From Azolla caroliniana (Eukaryota > Plantae > Polypodiophyta), in NCBI GenBank assembly GCA_043228905.1, contig JBHGNT010000010.1:2914001-2978000 (forward strand): a stretch of DNA of 64,000 nt, read 5' to 3'. The notes below the pieces were generated by a model that searched no databases, was not told the origin of the DNA, and saw nothing but the letters and a program-made list of their open reading frames with translations. The position numbers and the translations under genes were made by a program. Of the stretch, positions 13,308 to 27,600 are shown piece by piece. How positions within the stretch are numbered: position 1 is the first letter of the stretch; each line of letters starts with the position of its first letter.

Positions 13308-13871
13308 TGTTAGGAAACAGGTCCCTCCGGATGGGAAGTGAGAAGAATAGTGTTGATGATCAACTCGGCCGAGGCCGAATCCGGATGTGGAGTACCCGAC
13401 AAGGAAGACCCGGTGAGAACCTCTCACCGGATGAAGGGACATATATGTAAATATGTTCCAGAGAGCCCACTGGGGCTATATTTTGTAAATAGCCGAAAGT
13501 CATATTAGTATAAATATGACCTAGGGCAAACTCAGTAGTGTGTGCGTGTAATTTTGGTGTAACGACTATACAAAGAGAGAGACAGAGAGAGCGATACAGA
13601 GCATGTCTCTGTTGTAACCGCCGTCAGGCGAAGATCATGAGCAGGAGGTCGTTGCCTCTGTGCTCCCTGTTGTAATTGTTGGCATAGTGATAGTTTGGAG
13701 TCTGTGGACTCTCGTGGTTTTTCCCTCTCAGGGTTTTCCACGTTAACATCCTGTGTATTCTCTTTTTTGTTCGGGTACTTACCTCCATTCCCATTTCTTC
13801 TGTGTTCGATTGTTATCAAGGGATCTACGCTTCAGTTGTGACCGGAGATTATTCCGTGTATTTCCCCGTCA
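13308..13871 (+). mobile_element. Solo LTR (564 bp) of a copia family related to the young element
   Basis: TGTTAGG...CCCGTCA with flanks GTTGG/ATTGG. Splits the old copia RT motif 'YALIVG|SLMY'. Shares blocks such as 'gtaaatagcc..aaagtcata..tataaatatgac.tagggcaaac' and 'gggttttccacgttaa' with the reverse complement of the young LTR. Confidence 0.85.
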
Positions 13872-16800
13872 ATTGGCTCCTTGATGTACGTGATGGTCAC
13901 AACACGGCTTGACATTGCTCATGTCGTAAGAGTCGTCGGCAGATTCATGAACAACCCAAGTCAATTGCATTAGAATGCAGTCAAGCTTGTATTCATATAT
14001 CTAGTGGGCACACAAGACCTTGACATCCTCTTCAGTTTGAACAAAAACCCAGGCGTAGTCAGCGACACCGACTCAAACTTTGTCGGTTGTGTGGACAACC
14101 GAAAGTTAACAACCGGATATTGTTTCAAATTCGACAATGGAGCAATTTCGTGGAAATCGAAACTTCAGGAGTGCACGGCCACTTCAACGATTGGGGCTGA
14201 ATACGTAGTCGTGTCCGACGTGGAGAAAGAGGCTCTATGGCTCGGTCGGCTGGCATGTACATTTCGACAAGCCGATCTCAATTTGGGTCCAGTTGTCTAC
14301 AACGACAATCAAGGTGTTGTTGCTCTCACGAAAAATTTGGTTCATCACAACGCCTCCAAGTATATCGACGTTCGGTATCACTTTGTTCAGGACTGCGTCA
14401 TTTTAGGGAAGATCGGCCTTGAGGATATATCTACAGTCGATAATGTCCCAAATGGGATAACCAAGTGTCTTCCGGTAGATCGATTCCAATCCCTTCAGCA
14501 CCAGATGGGCGTAATGAAGAATCAATCTGATTGAGTCAGACACTCAAGATGGTTTCAAACAATCGACAATCGGCATAGGTGACTCGACTTCAGATTCTCA
14601 GACTAGGATTCCCTTTCAGACTAGTCGATTTGGCTTTAGCTCTTCTGGCCTTGGTCGACCTGGCCTTTTGTTCTCGGATGTTGCCACCTCGGACAAAAGT
14701 TGACTTGCTCAACAACCTTTGTATAAATCTATATTTTCTATTTATTCTCTTGATTACAATTTTTTGTAGAATAAGCCCATTACGTGGGAGTGTCGAATAC
14801 GAGTACTTAATGGAAGTATTAACAGTGTCCCATTTGGACACACTAGGTTTAGGTTATTTATGTAAATATTGCAAAGGTTGGTTGCCCTAAGTCAGTTGGT
14901 ATTTAAACTTACTCTTGTAACCTAGTTATGAAGATGTTGATAGTGTCATTATTGTATTGACATAACTTTTGGAATAAGATTGTTACATTGTGTGCCTCTT
15001 TGTTTTTCTCTTTCTCTCTCACTCTGTCTCTTTGACCCTGCTTTAACTTGTTAACTTAGTGATCTTCTTAACATAGATGTTGTTCATGTTTCCGCACTGA
15101 CAGTCTAAGACTATAATAGATACATCCTCGTTTCAAGAAAGAACAACCCATCATCCCCAAAGTAAGAAATTATAAGTTATTTTCAAAACAATAAGGTGTT
15201 TTCATTCACATAACATTATGATTGCATCCATACAACGCACATCATGGCCATATGTAATTACCTAAGTATGTCAAAATATAACAAAGTTTCACCACCTCAA
15301 TATCCATCCCATGCATGTGATCATGTCATCCAATATGGGGCCCACCTTTGCACATGCATGGAAGCAACTATATTGACCATATTACAGTGGCCCCTCAACA
15401 ACCTCCATTAGTGCTTGAGTAGTAATGCAATTGCACACGCACGATGATTATATCACACTTGTAGAACCGTATGACTCATAAGTAACAATATAAACAATTG
15501 AGATGTGTGCAATCAACAACATATAAAATTAAAAGTGAGACCAATAGTTGTTTAAAAACAAATGTTTTATTGTATCGACTACATGTTAGAATACTCTGAA
15601 GTATTTAACATGTATTCTACGTTTTAGAACTGTCATTTCAAGATGTTTCACGCATTTAACGTATTCTAAGTAGTCTAAATATTTGATAAGTATTCAACAT
15701 TTCCGAATAAGAAAAATAATTTTAAATTTGGCCAAAAAACTATTGTGAAATGCAATGCAAATATAATTATTCTACATATTTGACATATTTTATGTATTTT
15801 ATCTGTAGAATACATATTGTAAGTATTTTAAAAAAAAGGATAGCATACATTTCAGTTATGCATATAAGCAACCAAATCTAAAAAATGATTACGTCCCTAG
15901 GCTAGAATCCATTGATTCATGACTAACAAGAAGTAGAAGAGATTGTATAATGCAAGTGATATGACATGCATGGTATAACAAATGACATGTTGCCTCTAGA
16001 TGTGTTGGGTCAAGGAGTCTTAAGCTCTCGAAAAAAATATACTCCATTGGTATTAGAATGAAAATGGCCAAAGGCAATATACAAGACAGTCCAACAATCC
16101 AATGTTTGTAGTAAATATAACTCCTTCAAACAAACATGAAGAATAGCCTTCAATACTTCCTTCAAACTCTTCCGCAATAAATTATCCACGATCACTAAAC
16201 TGGTCTTTGACATGTGAAACAAACATAAAGCAAATAATGACTATTATTCTGTGTACATGCCAAATAAACATGAAGAATAGTCTTCAATACTTCCTTCGAG
16301 CTCTTCCGCAGTAGATCATCGACGATCACTCAACCGGTCTTTGATATTATAATTGCTTTACACTATCTGCTTCCTCCTCGAAGATATGTAGGCGGTAAAC
16401 CAGTTTTTCATTAACCTACATCACAAAATCCTGTGGAAATGCTTCATCCTGAAGCCATATATTATTTTGACACTATCTAATATCAAAATATCATTTATCT
16501 CAAAAATCTTATACTTGGGAAATTGTTGTTCTTCAACACCTATTACAATTGCTGCATTTGTAGACAACAAACCTACCCTAATACGCATGCACTTCAACAA
16601 TCCGCTTTATCAGAAGAAGAGAATAATCCATCAACATACCGGTTTATCACAACTTTCATACTCTCACATTAGCCATGTCGACTTTCGATTTATCATAACC
16701 TCAAAAACACATGCGTCGACCCCCACACCATCTTCACTCATCCTTATCCCACAAAAAATTACATATGCTTCAATCCCTACCACCACACCAACATCACTCG

Positions 16801-18230
16801 TCCTACTGATCAACATAAATCTGCTTCATTCAATAGCTCAAGCTCGCCAACCATCTCGCCCTCTCACCGATTTCCATCGACATCTTGTATGATTTCCATC
16901 AAGGAGTCTTAAGCTACCGATAATCATGTTAATAACCTCGATGAATTCCTTCATTTATCTCTTAATGTTATAGTTTAATAAAGAAAACAACGTTATAATT
17001 TAGAAGATTTAAAACATATAAATTAACCTCATTAAATATATGGAAATCCAATGAGAAGAAGCTACCAATTTTTATTAATCCAAGAATCACACTAATACAA
17101 GTTAGTTAAAGCCCACCAATATTATATTTATTCATGCTTAATTAGAATGGGATGGTTAAGTACTTAGGTGTTCTCCAAAATGAAAGGTATTGAGAGAGAA
17201 AACTAAAATCACAATTATCAAATTTGAAGATCACGAGAAGAGTTAAAACTTTTCCTTAAGAGTCCTTTCATACTTGGGTGAACACAAGATCCATTCCCTT
17301 TAGTTTCTAAATGGTATGTTACTCTCTATCTTGGTGGTTGTATCATTGAAGTTTGTATCTATGGTAGTAGAAAGTTGATTGTGGGGGAGGGATTCATTGT
17401 GGTAGGGAATTAGTGGTGGTAAGAGTTTATATGTGTGGAGGTGTTTGGGATGGTCCAAGAGTGGTATGGCATGGGGTGGGGTGACATCTTGAGAAGCACG
17501 ATATTTGGATGTAGTGTGAGGAGGTGAACCCATTGCATGTGTTGGACATTTAATGGAGGAAAGGAACAATCTTGCATTAGCATTATTAGGTTCCTTATTG
17601 ATGTCAAAGGTGAGGCCATGCCTAGGGTGATTATATTGATGAAAATGTTGGTGTTGGAAGGGAGATGCTAACAATGGGGATAGGAGTATAGGAAAATCCT
17701 CATGAATTGGGGAAATCTAGGCTATCATTGAGGGTGAGGGTAGAATTCAAAGTTTGTGTGTGTGTGTATGTGCCCGCGCGCGCGAAGGGTGCATAAAATA
17801 CCAGTATGAAAAATATTTGTCATTATGCGGGTCGTTGGAGGAACATCCTCTTATCATCAAGGGTAGATATGTGAAGGGCGAATAACATACCACTATCAAA
17901 CATATTTGTCTTTACATGGGTCATTGAAGAAGAAACATCTCCTTAGCATTGAGGCAATTTGGGCCATAATCATTTGCGAGGGTGGAATGTAGGATACATA
18001 CATACATACACATACACACAATGTGAATAGTTTACCAATGTTGAAAAAGTTTTTCACCATGTGGTTGTTGAAGAAAGGGTAGTGGTTGCTCCTTGTGACT
18101 TTTGGGGATGACCATTGACCACGACTTGGAAGACTTTTGGGTGTAAGAGCAAGTAATCTTGTTGATCTATGTCAAATTCAAGTAGAAATGATATAATTAG
18201 GAAAAAAAGAGTGGCTACTCATAGAGCTCG

Positions 18231-18480
18231 AAATGCCACTAGATTGGAATTGCATCGTAGTCATTGATATTAAGATAACAAACTCAACCATGCATGTGGA
18301 CACAAAAGTGGTGATACATACATGCATTAAAGTCGACCAACTCTTGTTAAAATGTAGAAATGCCACTAGATTGGAATTGCATCGTAATCATTGATGTTAA
18401 GATAACAGGCTCAACCATGCATGTGAACACAAAAGTGGAGATACACACATGCATTAAAGTCGACTAACTCTTATTAAAAG
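18231..18480. repeat. Tandem duplication, period ~127 bp
   Basis: 'aaatgccactagattggaattgcatcgt...' occurs at 18231 and 18358. Confidence 0.85.
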
Positions 18481-18810
18481 TGTGTTCCCACTGGCCAACT
18501 TCCTTTTCATTGTAGGTAAAGAGAGGTCTATGTTGCATTCAATGAAGAGAATAGTGTGATATTCTACCCTCTCCTTTATGATAAAGTTTACTCAAGATTC
18601 AAGATTGTATGTATATATAAACCAAGCTCTACTTGTGCCAAGTTGTGAACTATCATTTGACTAAGTAGTGTTCTTATCATTATAATATTATATTATTTGT
18701 TAATATAAGTGCTTACATTCGGTTATATTGAGAAATCTCAAGTTCGATCCTTGCCATGGGCTAGGCCCCGTCTTATCGATTGCAATCTACCTCTCATGAA
18801 CATTAAAAAT

Positions 18811-18817
<7 letters not shown>

Positions 18818-18857
<40 letters not shown>
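18818..18857. repeat. (CT)n microsatellite
   Basis: Direct reading of the sequence. Confidence 0.9.
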
Positions 18858-18860
<3 letters not shown>

Positions 18861-19549
18861 AAGTAGTTTGAACTTTGAACAAAAAAAACAAGGATTCAAG
18901 ACCTGCATTTATGATGCTACAAAACTGTACAAAAAATGCATCTAAGTCAACATACATTCCAAAGTGATACTCGAGGATGGGAAACATTATGATGGTTCAT
19001 GTTTTGTTATATGGAGTGGAAGTGTGGGATATCTCACTTATTGCATGGAATAAAATAGAGAAATTAAAAAGTTGGTCATGCTTAAACAATTGGTAGTTAA
19101 ATTCTTAACATCGTATCCTATCATTCTATTTGACACAAATGCTTAACCCACATAGATGCTAACCTTGTAAAGAATATACGAGTATATCACAAAGGTTGAG
19201 AATAGACTACCAAAATAGCCTTAGAACATATGATGCAAGGTACAAATAAGTAATAAGAACAAAATCCTCTCATCTAGTTGAACTAGTTCAAAAGATGGGG
19301 AGTAAATGGTTTGTTGGAGCTCTCCAGTGATGCTCTAGAGTATGTGACTATCGAGGATATATTACTAGAGACACTAAGAATGACGGTGCAAGATGCTAAT
19401 ATGTCAAAATGGAATATTACATTGCAAATGGTAACCCTCGATACAAGATAAAAGTGCCAAAATCTTAATATCCCATGAGTTTGGTCTCTTGAAGACTCTT
19501 AATACTTCTTTAAACTCGCTCACACAAGTTAGGTGTTGACATAAATGGA

Positions 19550-20950
19550 ATCATCAAGGAAGTATGAAGATATGCAATGAAAACCCAACCATGATGACTT
19601 GTTTGACGAGCATGATAATTTAAGTGTCATATTCAAATCTCCACCAAGAATGGTGCGCACATATGTGTGTGCATTATTTGCACTTAGAAAGTTTTTACTA
19701 AAGTAGTAACCGATCAAATGGTTTCTTTGTCTATGGTAGCAATAAAAAAAATCATCTTTATTGGAGTAGCAAGTAGCCATGCTTGGGGTTTCCAACTACA
19801 ACCCAAGATTGTACTTTATATCCAAGTCCACTCACTCAATTGCTTCCCTAATGGAAAGCAAGTTCCATAGTTTCTCCATATTCTGCCAAGTTATAGAACA
19901 TAATAATATCTGAGTGAGTAGCAATGGCTAATAATAATGGTATAGGTAGTGTGTCAACATATCACCTTGGTCACTCCACCATTCAACATAACATGTGCAC
20001 CTACCACAACATGAAAGTGAGGTAGTCATCCTTAACACTAAAATTCATATTAGATATAAGTTTGGAAAAGATGACCCACTTACATCATCATAAGCCTTCT
20101 CGATATCTAGTGCTTATTTAAATCATTTCAACTATTTTGTGCACATTCAAAATATTACGAAGGGCATCTCTTCTTGCAAAAAACTCATATTGCATAGGAT
20201 AAACAATAGAAGGCAATGTCATTTTAAGTCTAATAGCTATTACTTTGGATAAAATATTATAAAAGCCGGCGAGCCACCACCCATCAATGATATTGTTGAT
20301 ATTCATTGAGCAAAGGACATGTATACAATATGAGGAAACTTGTGGTAAAAGCTAAATGATGTACATTGTCCATGAATTAGGCAGCTTACAAAAACTCCAT
20401 TGTTCTTGAAACTATATTGTAAGAGGGCTTGTCAAATTCTCATCGAAGTCCTTAAAAAACTTATGTGTAATTTCATCCCAAACATGACTTCAATCATTAT
20501 AAAGATGTAAATAAACATACTCTTCCTCGAAGGTTGTTGTGACATGCTTCCTGACCTTCTCATTGATAGATTCAAATAATGTTTACCTTGCTTCTCTCAT
20601 CTCATTACTTTTTTCTTTTTGGACCAAAAAGAGTTGTGAAATATTGAGTTTAATTACCTATAATTAATTGAATATTGATACTCATATTATCGTCAATATC
20701 CAAATGTACCACATTCAATATAGAATGGGCACCACATCCAATATAGAATTTTCCATTGGATCTGATTTTAGGATCTTACAAAGTTACAAGACTCAAGACA
20801 ATTGTGTACATCCAACACATCATCTATAGGGAAGGAGATGAAGCATTATTTCAATCTAATAATTTTTTGACAAGTCTCACTTTTTCTTTATGTGAAAATG
20901 CTAGGGAAAATCCATAGTGGCGAATAAAACGTTGGAAATTAGAATAACAA
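19550..20950 (-). mobile_element. Highly degraded LINE (L1-like) ORF2 remnants
   Basis: 'YNILSKVIAIRLKMTLPSIVYPMQYEF' is an RT signature and 'TILGGDLN' is endonuclease-like; many stops. Boundaries approximate. Confidence 0.55.
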
Positions 20951-21117
20951 ACATCCCATGTAGGAACACCATGAACCCTTACTTGTGAACTCTCCTATCA
21001 TTTGTTCTGTAGCTTAGCGAAAATGATCATATCCAAGTCACGAAGACTTTATAAATTGGTTGTTTTCCCAATAAAGATTTGAAACCATACGTTGATTATG
21101 TAGGCATTCCAAGGGAT

Positions 21118-21120
<3 letters not shown>

Positions 21121-21168
<48 letters not shown>
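21121..21168. repeat. (CA)n microsatellite
   Basis: Direct reading of the sequence. Confidence 0.9.
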
Positions 21169-21172
<4 letters not shown>

Positions 21173-21989
21173 TATACATATATGATATATATATGAATAT
21201 AGATATCCTTTTTTATGCTTGCAATGTTTTTGGATTGAACAATAAAATCTCTTTAGGTGACGCTAACCCCAATAACGATATAGAGATGGTTGGACATGTC
21301 AATAGTTGGGTTATATATGGATAAGTCTTTCATTGACACACTTAATTTATGTAATATGAAGAAAGGGTAGCCAAAGACACAATAATTAGCATTACAACCC
21401 TAATTAATGACGTCCCTCCCTTAATGTGATATATGGTGTTTATGTAGGCACGGGTGATGGAGGACGATTCATGCCTCCACCTACACTATATTTTCATTCC
21501 TATTAAAATTCTTCACAACTCTTGAATGAGCCTTATATATATTTGCTAATATTCTAGGACGATGAGTTTCTAAATAACCAACAAATTTCCTTATGCTATC
21601 TTTTAATAATATGTGTGTGTGTTTGTGATCATTTGAATCAAGTTTCCCGAAAGGGGCCAACACAACTCATACGTATGAGCGTTACACTTTTAAGGGTCAC
21701 TATCGAATCTCAAGCGGTTATCTTCCTTGGGATTGGAAGTGCTACACCCAATGACAAAGACCATGCCATATGTTGGCACATAAAAGCTCTTATCTCTCCA
21801 CTCCATGAAACCTTGGAAGCCTGAAGGGCTTCTTGAGTTTTTATTTATTTAAAGAAAGTTACACCTTAGTATATTACTTGAGAAATGTACATATAGAAAA
21901 CAGAAGGAGACATTTCATCTCACCTCTATTGTAATACAAAAGCTAATACCAACATCTGATCAAACAAATGATATCATATAAGGAACAAA

Positions 21990-23563
21990 TGAAGCACAAT
22001 CTACAAGCTATGCAATAAAAAAGAAGGTATGGCAAAATTCCACTTCATACCAGAAGTTGTATCTAAAAATAAGTGAAGCCCTCGCCACCGTTTCTTAAAG
22101 TCCACTTGACGTTGCCTTTGAGCATCAGTTGAACCCTGCAGATCATCATATTGTCCACGTATGGTATGGATAAATAACAACCAAAATTCAATAAGCATAG
22201 TACTAAGATGTATGTGAGCATTAATAAAAATAGCCTCACATCTCATTTTCCATATTGTCCAAAGAGCTAATGACGTAATAGTACGCCAAATAACCAAAAT
22301 TTCAGTTCTAAACTGTGGAATAAAATATGGAAATGAAGTGAGATAAATGTACCCATTGGAAAAGTGAAAAACATGAGAAGCATGCATACTTTCATACTTC
22401 ATAACATCTCCATGAAGGACACCCCATAATACTGTACCCCACGAGAAGATAGAACAAGCATAATGGTGTCTCGGTAATAAAAACAACTTACTCTAGAATT
22501 GCTTGATTTTGGGACATAGCCAAAACAAATGCAAAATAGATTTCGTAGATGCACCACAATGCATTCCACGAGCATATTGCTGATTTTGCCTCAACCAATC
22601 ACCAATAAGAAGAGCATAATGCATCAACAACCAACGAAAATAAATCACTTTTTTCAGCAACTGCATACTCCACAACCATTTCCAAAATTTTGTAAGTTGC
22701 AATGCATTCACATTTTTTGCAATCCAATGCATTTATACTTTGATTGCAATAATAAATTTCTACCTAGCTTAACTAAATACTGGAAAAACTCCAAGTGTTT
22801 ACTGTTTCCACTAGCATTCGGTTTTTTCCATTGATAATCAGTTGGATCCCAATCCAAATTATAAAGCGGCTTTTTTTGAAAACCCCACAATGAACAACAC
22901 CGTAAACATTCTTGAAAGGGTGGATCGAAGAACCATTTTTTTCTAGATCTTGCAACTACTCGAATCGCTGAAACATTAGCGGACATCCACACATCTGATT
23001 CAGAAAATACATGCCACATCCTACCATCATCATCCACATTAAAATATATTACATCACCCGTATTGTTAATTACTTTAGCTCCTAAATAACTTTTAAAGGA
23101 GAGAAATAACCAAACCAAATCTGATTGCTAAAGGGGGACCATGAAGCCATAAATTGTCCCAATGCCACTTGCATATCATTGCACATAATAGCACTTCCTC
23201 GAACCGAAATCCTCGACAATGATTGTAGCAATGGATTCATAACATAACATCCCCATGATAGAACGTTACCTGCTATTGATGCACCCAAAGAAGCCCAATT
23301 CAACTGAGGACGGCTACCAAGCAGAAAACCTCTTGAATATGAAAAGAGAAAGTTCCAGGTTAAGGCCTGTCTCAACAAGTCATCCGTTGTCGAAGGCACC
23401 TTCCAAATTAGAAACTTTTTAACAGCTGACCAACTTGTGAGAATTCCATTAAAAAACCTATCTTTTGATAAGGTTGTTTTAAACAAATGAAAATTCTGAA
23501 TAAAGCCCTATCTTAATGATGGTAGCCACTTTCCTCCTATTGTCGAGCACATAGTAGACAACC
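21990..23563 (-). mobile_element. 3' half of an L1-type LINE (zf-RVT region), separated from its RT half by the TIR transposon
   Basis: Reads 'FWKWLWSMQL..KVIYFRWLLMHYAL...HLFWLCP' (zf-RVT) and 'LWTIWKMRC'. The frame '..LSTMCSTIGGKWLPSLR' continues across the empty transposon site. Confidence 0.85.
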
Positions 23564-23599
23564 AACACGTTCGCGTTCACAAGTTGAAGGATTGCGCAT
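23564..23599 (+). repeat. Left terminal inverted repeat
   Basis: Reverse complement of 32803-32838 at 34/36 positions. Confidence 0.92.
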
Positions 23600-24609
23600 T
23601 CCACTTGTAGAATCTTCTTAAAACGAAGAAAATACACCCTCTCTACAATAATTGGATGCACTAGTATCACATGTTCCTCAACTTGATAAGAATTTGCAAA
23701 TATAAAAATACATGATAGATCTACGAGTGGAGATCATTAGAAATCATGCAAGTTTAGACATGTTGATAAGTTAATGTATCTAAATAAAGTTCAACTATGG
23801 CTCAATATGGCACTATTGTGCGACAAGGGAAACACTAACTTAAAGACTTATATTAATTAGGTAGGTTTTACAAAATTATGAGGTGTACTTGTATCCATAC
23901 TAATAAAATGAGATATAATTTATACTTTGACCCATACGTGCATGTATGTAATTGTCGAAAATGTAGGATAGTGCACATTAGGATAAGTGATTGGAATAAC
24001 TAACTTATTAAAGTATTCAATACTTATATTAAAAGTTGATCTAATCTATTCCTCAGTTTGTTCATATGGGATCAAACCATATGTGTATATAATTGTGCAC
24101 AATGTAAGGCAGTGAACTTTAGGATAATGTCGTGGAAATAACAAACCTATTAGGCTTTCATACCTGTATTTAAAATTGATCTACTCTGTTGCTTAGGTGA
24201 TTCACACAAGATCAAACTCCGAACGATAACGCAACTGGAACCATTATCAACACACTACACAATCTAAGCAGCAATGGAATAGAAACATAATAGTTTTAAC
24301 AATATAAGACAAAGATCCATAATAACAACATGGACAGTCATGACAATAATTATAGGGCCATGTTCTGTTAAGGTTAGCTTGGACCAAAATCAGCCTCCAT
24401 TTAAGCTAGTTCATGTTTCTCCATAAGTTTGGTAGTCAGCTATGCACGCGGTGAAACCAATATCATAAATCTACTAATGAGGTATATAAAAATAAAATTG
24501 AAACATATAGATGATTATAAAGAATAGAATCCACTAGGTAAAACCCAAAATTTGTATTAATATGTGAAATCTTAACAAATCGTCAGTGTCATATTCTTTA
24601 TAGAGTCTA

Positions 24610-27600
24610 TTACATAGCAATCAATTCATCAACGTCATTTTCTTCATCATCTTGTGTAGAACTGTCTTCGGCTATACGTGCATTGGTTTCCCCTGTTAGT
24701 CGGGCCAACGAAATATCTTCTATAAGCTCATCATCAAGCTCTATTAGCTCCCCCGGTTCGCCGGCTAACGGAGGAATAGGCTCTCGCGAAGCGGGTTGAA
24801 ACCTTTCTGTATTGGCGAGGTTCTTTGCACCGACCTCCTCATCCTAGTCTGGGCACTCCCACAAAGCCTTAATCCGCATATTAATAAATATAACTTGGTC
24901 CTCGTCCTTCTCCAATGCAACTGTATTCCTAAACAGCTTCAATGCACATGTTGACGTAGTTCCTATGATGTAAGTAACAAGAAGATTTAGTTGTCAAACG
25001 AAAAAAAGTGATTGGTTATCTCAAGATCGTTACCCTAGTTCGAGGAATACCTGTGCCAGAAAAGAGATCTAATATCCAGTCTCCTTCGACAGAAAACATC
25101 TCGATCAAGCGCATCATAAGTCGTTGAGGTTTTTGGTATGGGTTGACAAGTCCCCGTTCTGTTGTGGTGACATGTCGCAATTTCCGAGTCACTGCTGGAT
25201 ATACCAACAGATTTGAACCTCCCACTTCATTAGAATGCTCTTTGATTCTCTGTTTTTTAATTTCATCGAAGTAGCCAACCGTTATGTATTCAATGGCATT
25301 AACGAACCGAAAAGTTGGCCCTCTATTTACATTGGTCTTGATCCTATAAAAAATAATTCATCGAGTTAAGAATAGATTCAACAACCTTAAGAATTGCAAT
25401 ATAATGAAAGACACCTATAAATATCCTTACCATGCAAGGTTCTCGATGCCATGGCAACGAGATCTCAAAGCTTGAGCTACCGAGTACCCTTGGTCCATAC
25501 TATGAAAGACAACTATTCGCCACAAGGATGCGGTCGTTAGCTCAGCGAAATCCTTGACCATCTTCTCCAATTGTTTAAACCTAAACGGTTCATCGTCGTA
25601 TGATGACCCAACCATTCGAAATCCGTAAGGAATATCCGCAATCATTAGCGTATATTCCTTCTTTGGCACCTTCTGGATCAAGTCGATGACATCACCGCAA
25701 ACCACATTGTAGTAAAGATCTCTCGTAATATCTTTTTTGTGGCTAAATTTTTTAAACGAGCCATCTTCCTCCATTTCGTACGCCTTGACTAAGCGACGAT
25801 CCTTTTCTTTTCTGGCTCGCTCGAGATGTGCAAGGAAGGATGTAGGGAAATCGTGTATATCCTTAACTTCTCCTTGTTTCTTGCCTCGACACGGTTTCTA
25901 ATAGAAGCAATAGGACATCAAGTATTATTATACAAGCTCTACATATGATGAAAGGGTAATGAAAAAACATGAATACTAACCCAATCCTTGAATGCAATAA
26001 AATACTCTGATAACGCCTTATACGAAGACGTTAGAGGATAATCCTCGGTCACTTGTTCCCAAGTTATACATCCAAGTTGTTTCATCATTACTTCTTGGAT
26101 CTTCATGTACACCTTATGACTGTAAAATTAGAAATCAAGATTAGAACTTTGAATTACACCAGATAGACTACAATTTCAGTATTTGAAAGACTTACTTATT
26201 GAACTCGGTGACCATTTCTTCAAGGCTTAAATCTTTCGCCACAACCCTTGACAAAACGGACACAAGAAGCTGCTCGTCCTTAATACCTTGCATCGCTCTC
26301 CATAGAGACAGCTTCATGTCGTCTGCCGCTTCTTCAATTGTCAAGTCAATTTTCTTGGCGGCTTGTGACTTTAATTCTAGTTGAGGGTCAACCCTACATT
26401 TCTTTTGTCGTTGACCCTTCACCTCCTTATTCTCCCACATTGAGAAGATTTGATCTTGGAGGTCCCATACTTCTCCATCTCTAAACGCCAATTGAAACCA
26501 AGATTCATACTTTCGAAGACCATCGGACCTAACATTATCATCTACCACAATGCCGACTTCATGCAGACATTGACGTCGAAGGCCTGGATGTAACTTCACA
26601 CCAAACTTTTGTTTCACATCTAAATACTCGTGGTGGAAGAACCGTATACGCTCAATAGACGACATTTTCTGCCTATAGTCATTATCATTATTATGGTCCC
26701 ATGCCAACAGCTTAGCCTCTTCGGTTGTGAGCCCAACATAAATTTTGCACTCGGCATACTTGAAGAAGAAAGTGGTTGGATGTTCTCTCACAAGTTGCCG
26801 ACGTGCCTCTGCTGAATGCGATCCACCAATGACAAAATAATTATATTGATCATGCTTTCTGATATCAAAATCTTCAATGGTTTCACATTCTTCAGGATCC
26901 ACCATAACAATAAAAGGCACCACTGTGGCATGAGGATTAATTTTCATTTTTTTCTTGAGATTTTGAACATGCATGCGATGAGGCTCTCTAATCTCAAGTA
27001 GTCTTCGACCTGTTTTTTCATCAATAGGGGGCCGATGGATGTGTGTTATAGGCAAATTAAATACTTGCCCTTTCCTGACCAGCTTCCGTTGCATTAACTC
27101 TCTCCTTATTTTATTCTGCTCGGATGACAAGACACCCGAGGCCAGCTCGGCTCCTGGCGTCCCCTTATTATCCTCTTCTTCATTTTCACTTGTCGAATCC
27201 GTATCCGACATTTTCGTTGTCTTCTTCTTCGCTGGTCTTGACTGGACTTTGGATACCTTTTTAGTGGCCTTCAAGTGGGAGGGCTCTTCATCTCTTAGAG
27301 TTACATGGCCTTGTATATAAGGCCTCAAGGTAACAATCAGGTTTTGTGAGTTATCAAGTGCTTTTTTGAACACTTCAGGCCCACAAGATTCCTTTACTAA
27401 AAGGTCTTCTGAAAGGAACACTTTGCGTACCCCCTTGGAGCACTCTATCATTACCAGTATGTTGGCCGAATCTGCATCTTCGTAGTCAAATCGTAGAATT
27501 CGGCCATACATAAATGGAGTTTCTTTTCCTAGCTGCCCCTCACCCTTCTTCTTTGTTGTATACAATACGACTTTTTTCTTTGAGTCGACATATTGCATAC

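Larger units (their letters stand above)
2670..15118 (+). mobile_element. Old, degenerate Ty1/copia LTR retrotransposon (host of nested insertions)
   Basis: 5' LTR 2670-2979 (TGTTGAG...ACAACA) and diverged 3' LTR 14791-15118. Degenerate tRNA-Met PBS (tgatatccgagc, 2982-2993) and PPT-like gtgggag before 14791. Flanks GATAA/GATAC. Internal fragments in copia order: gag (3976-4398), protease (~5570), integrase (11394-12160), RT 'LYVDDML' (12692-13045), RNase H (14004-14534), all with stops or frameshifts. Confidence 0.88.

Noticed and set aside
15200-18200. Short ORFs and a ~80-bp duplication (~16133 and ~16266)
   Set aside because: No recognisable motifs; probably decayed repeat DNA that I cannot classify.
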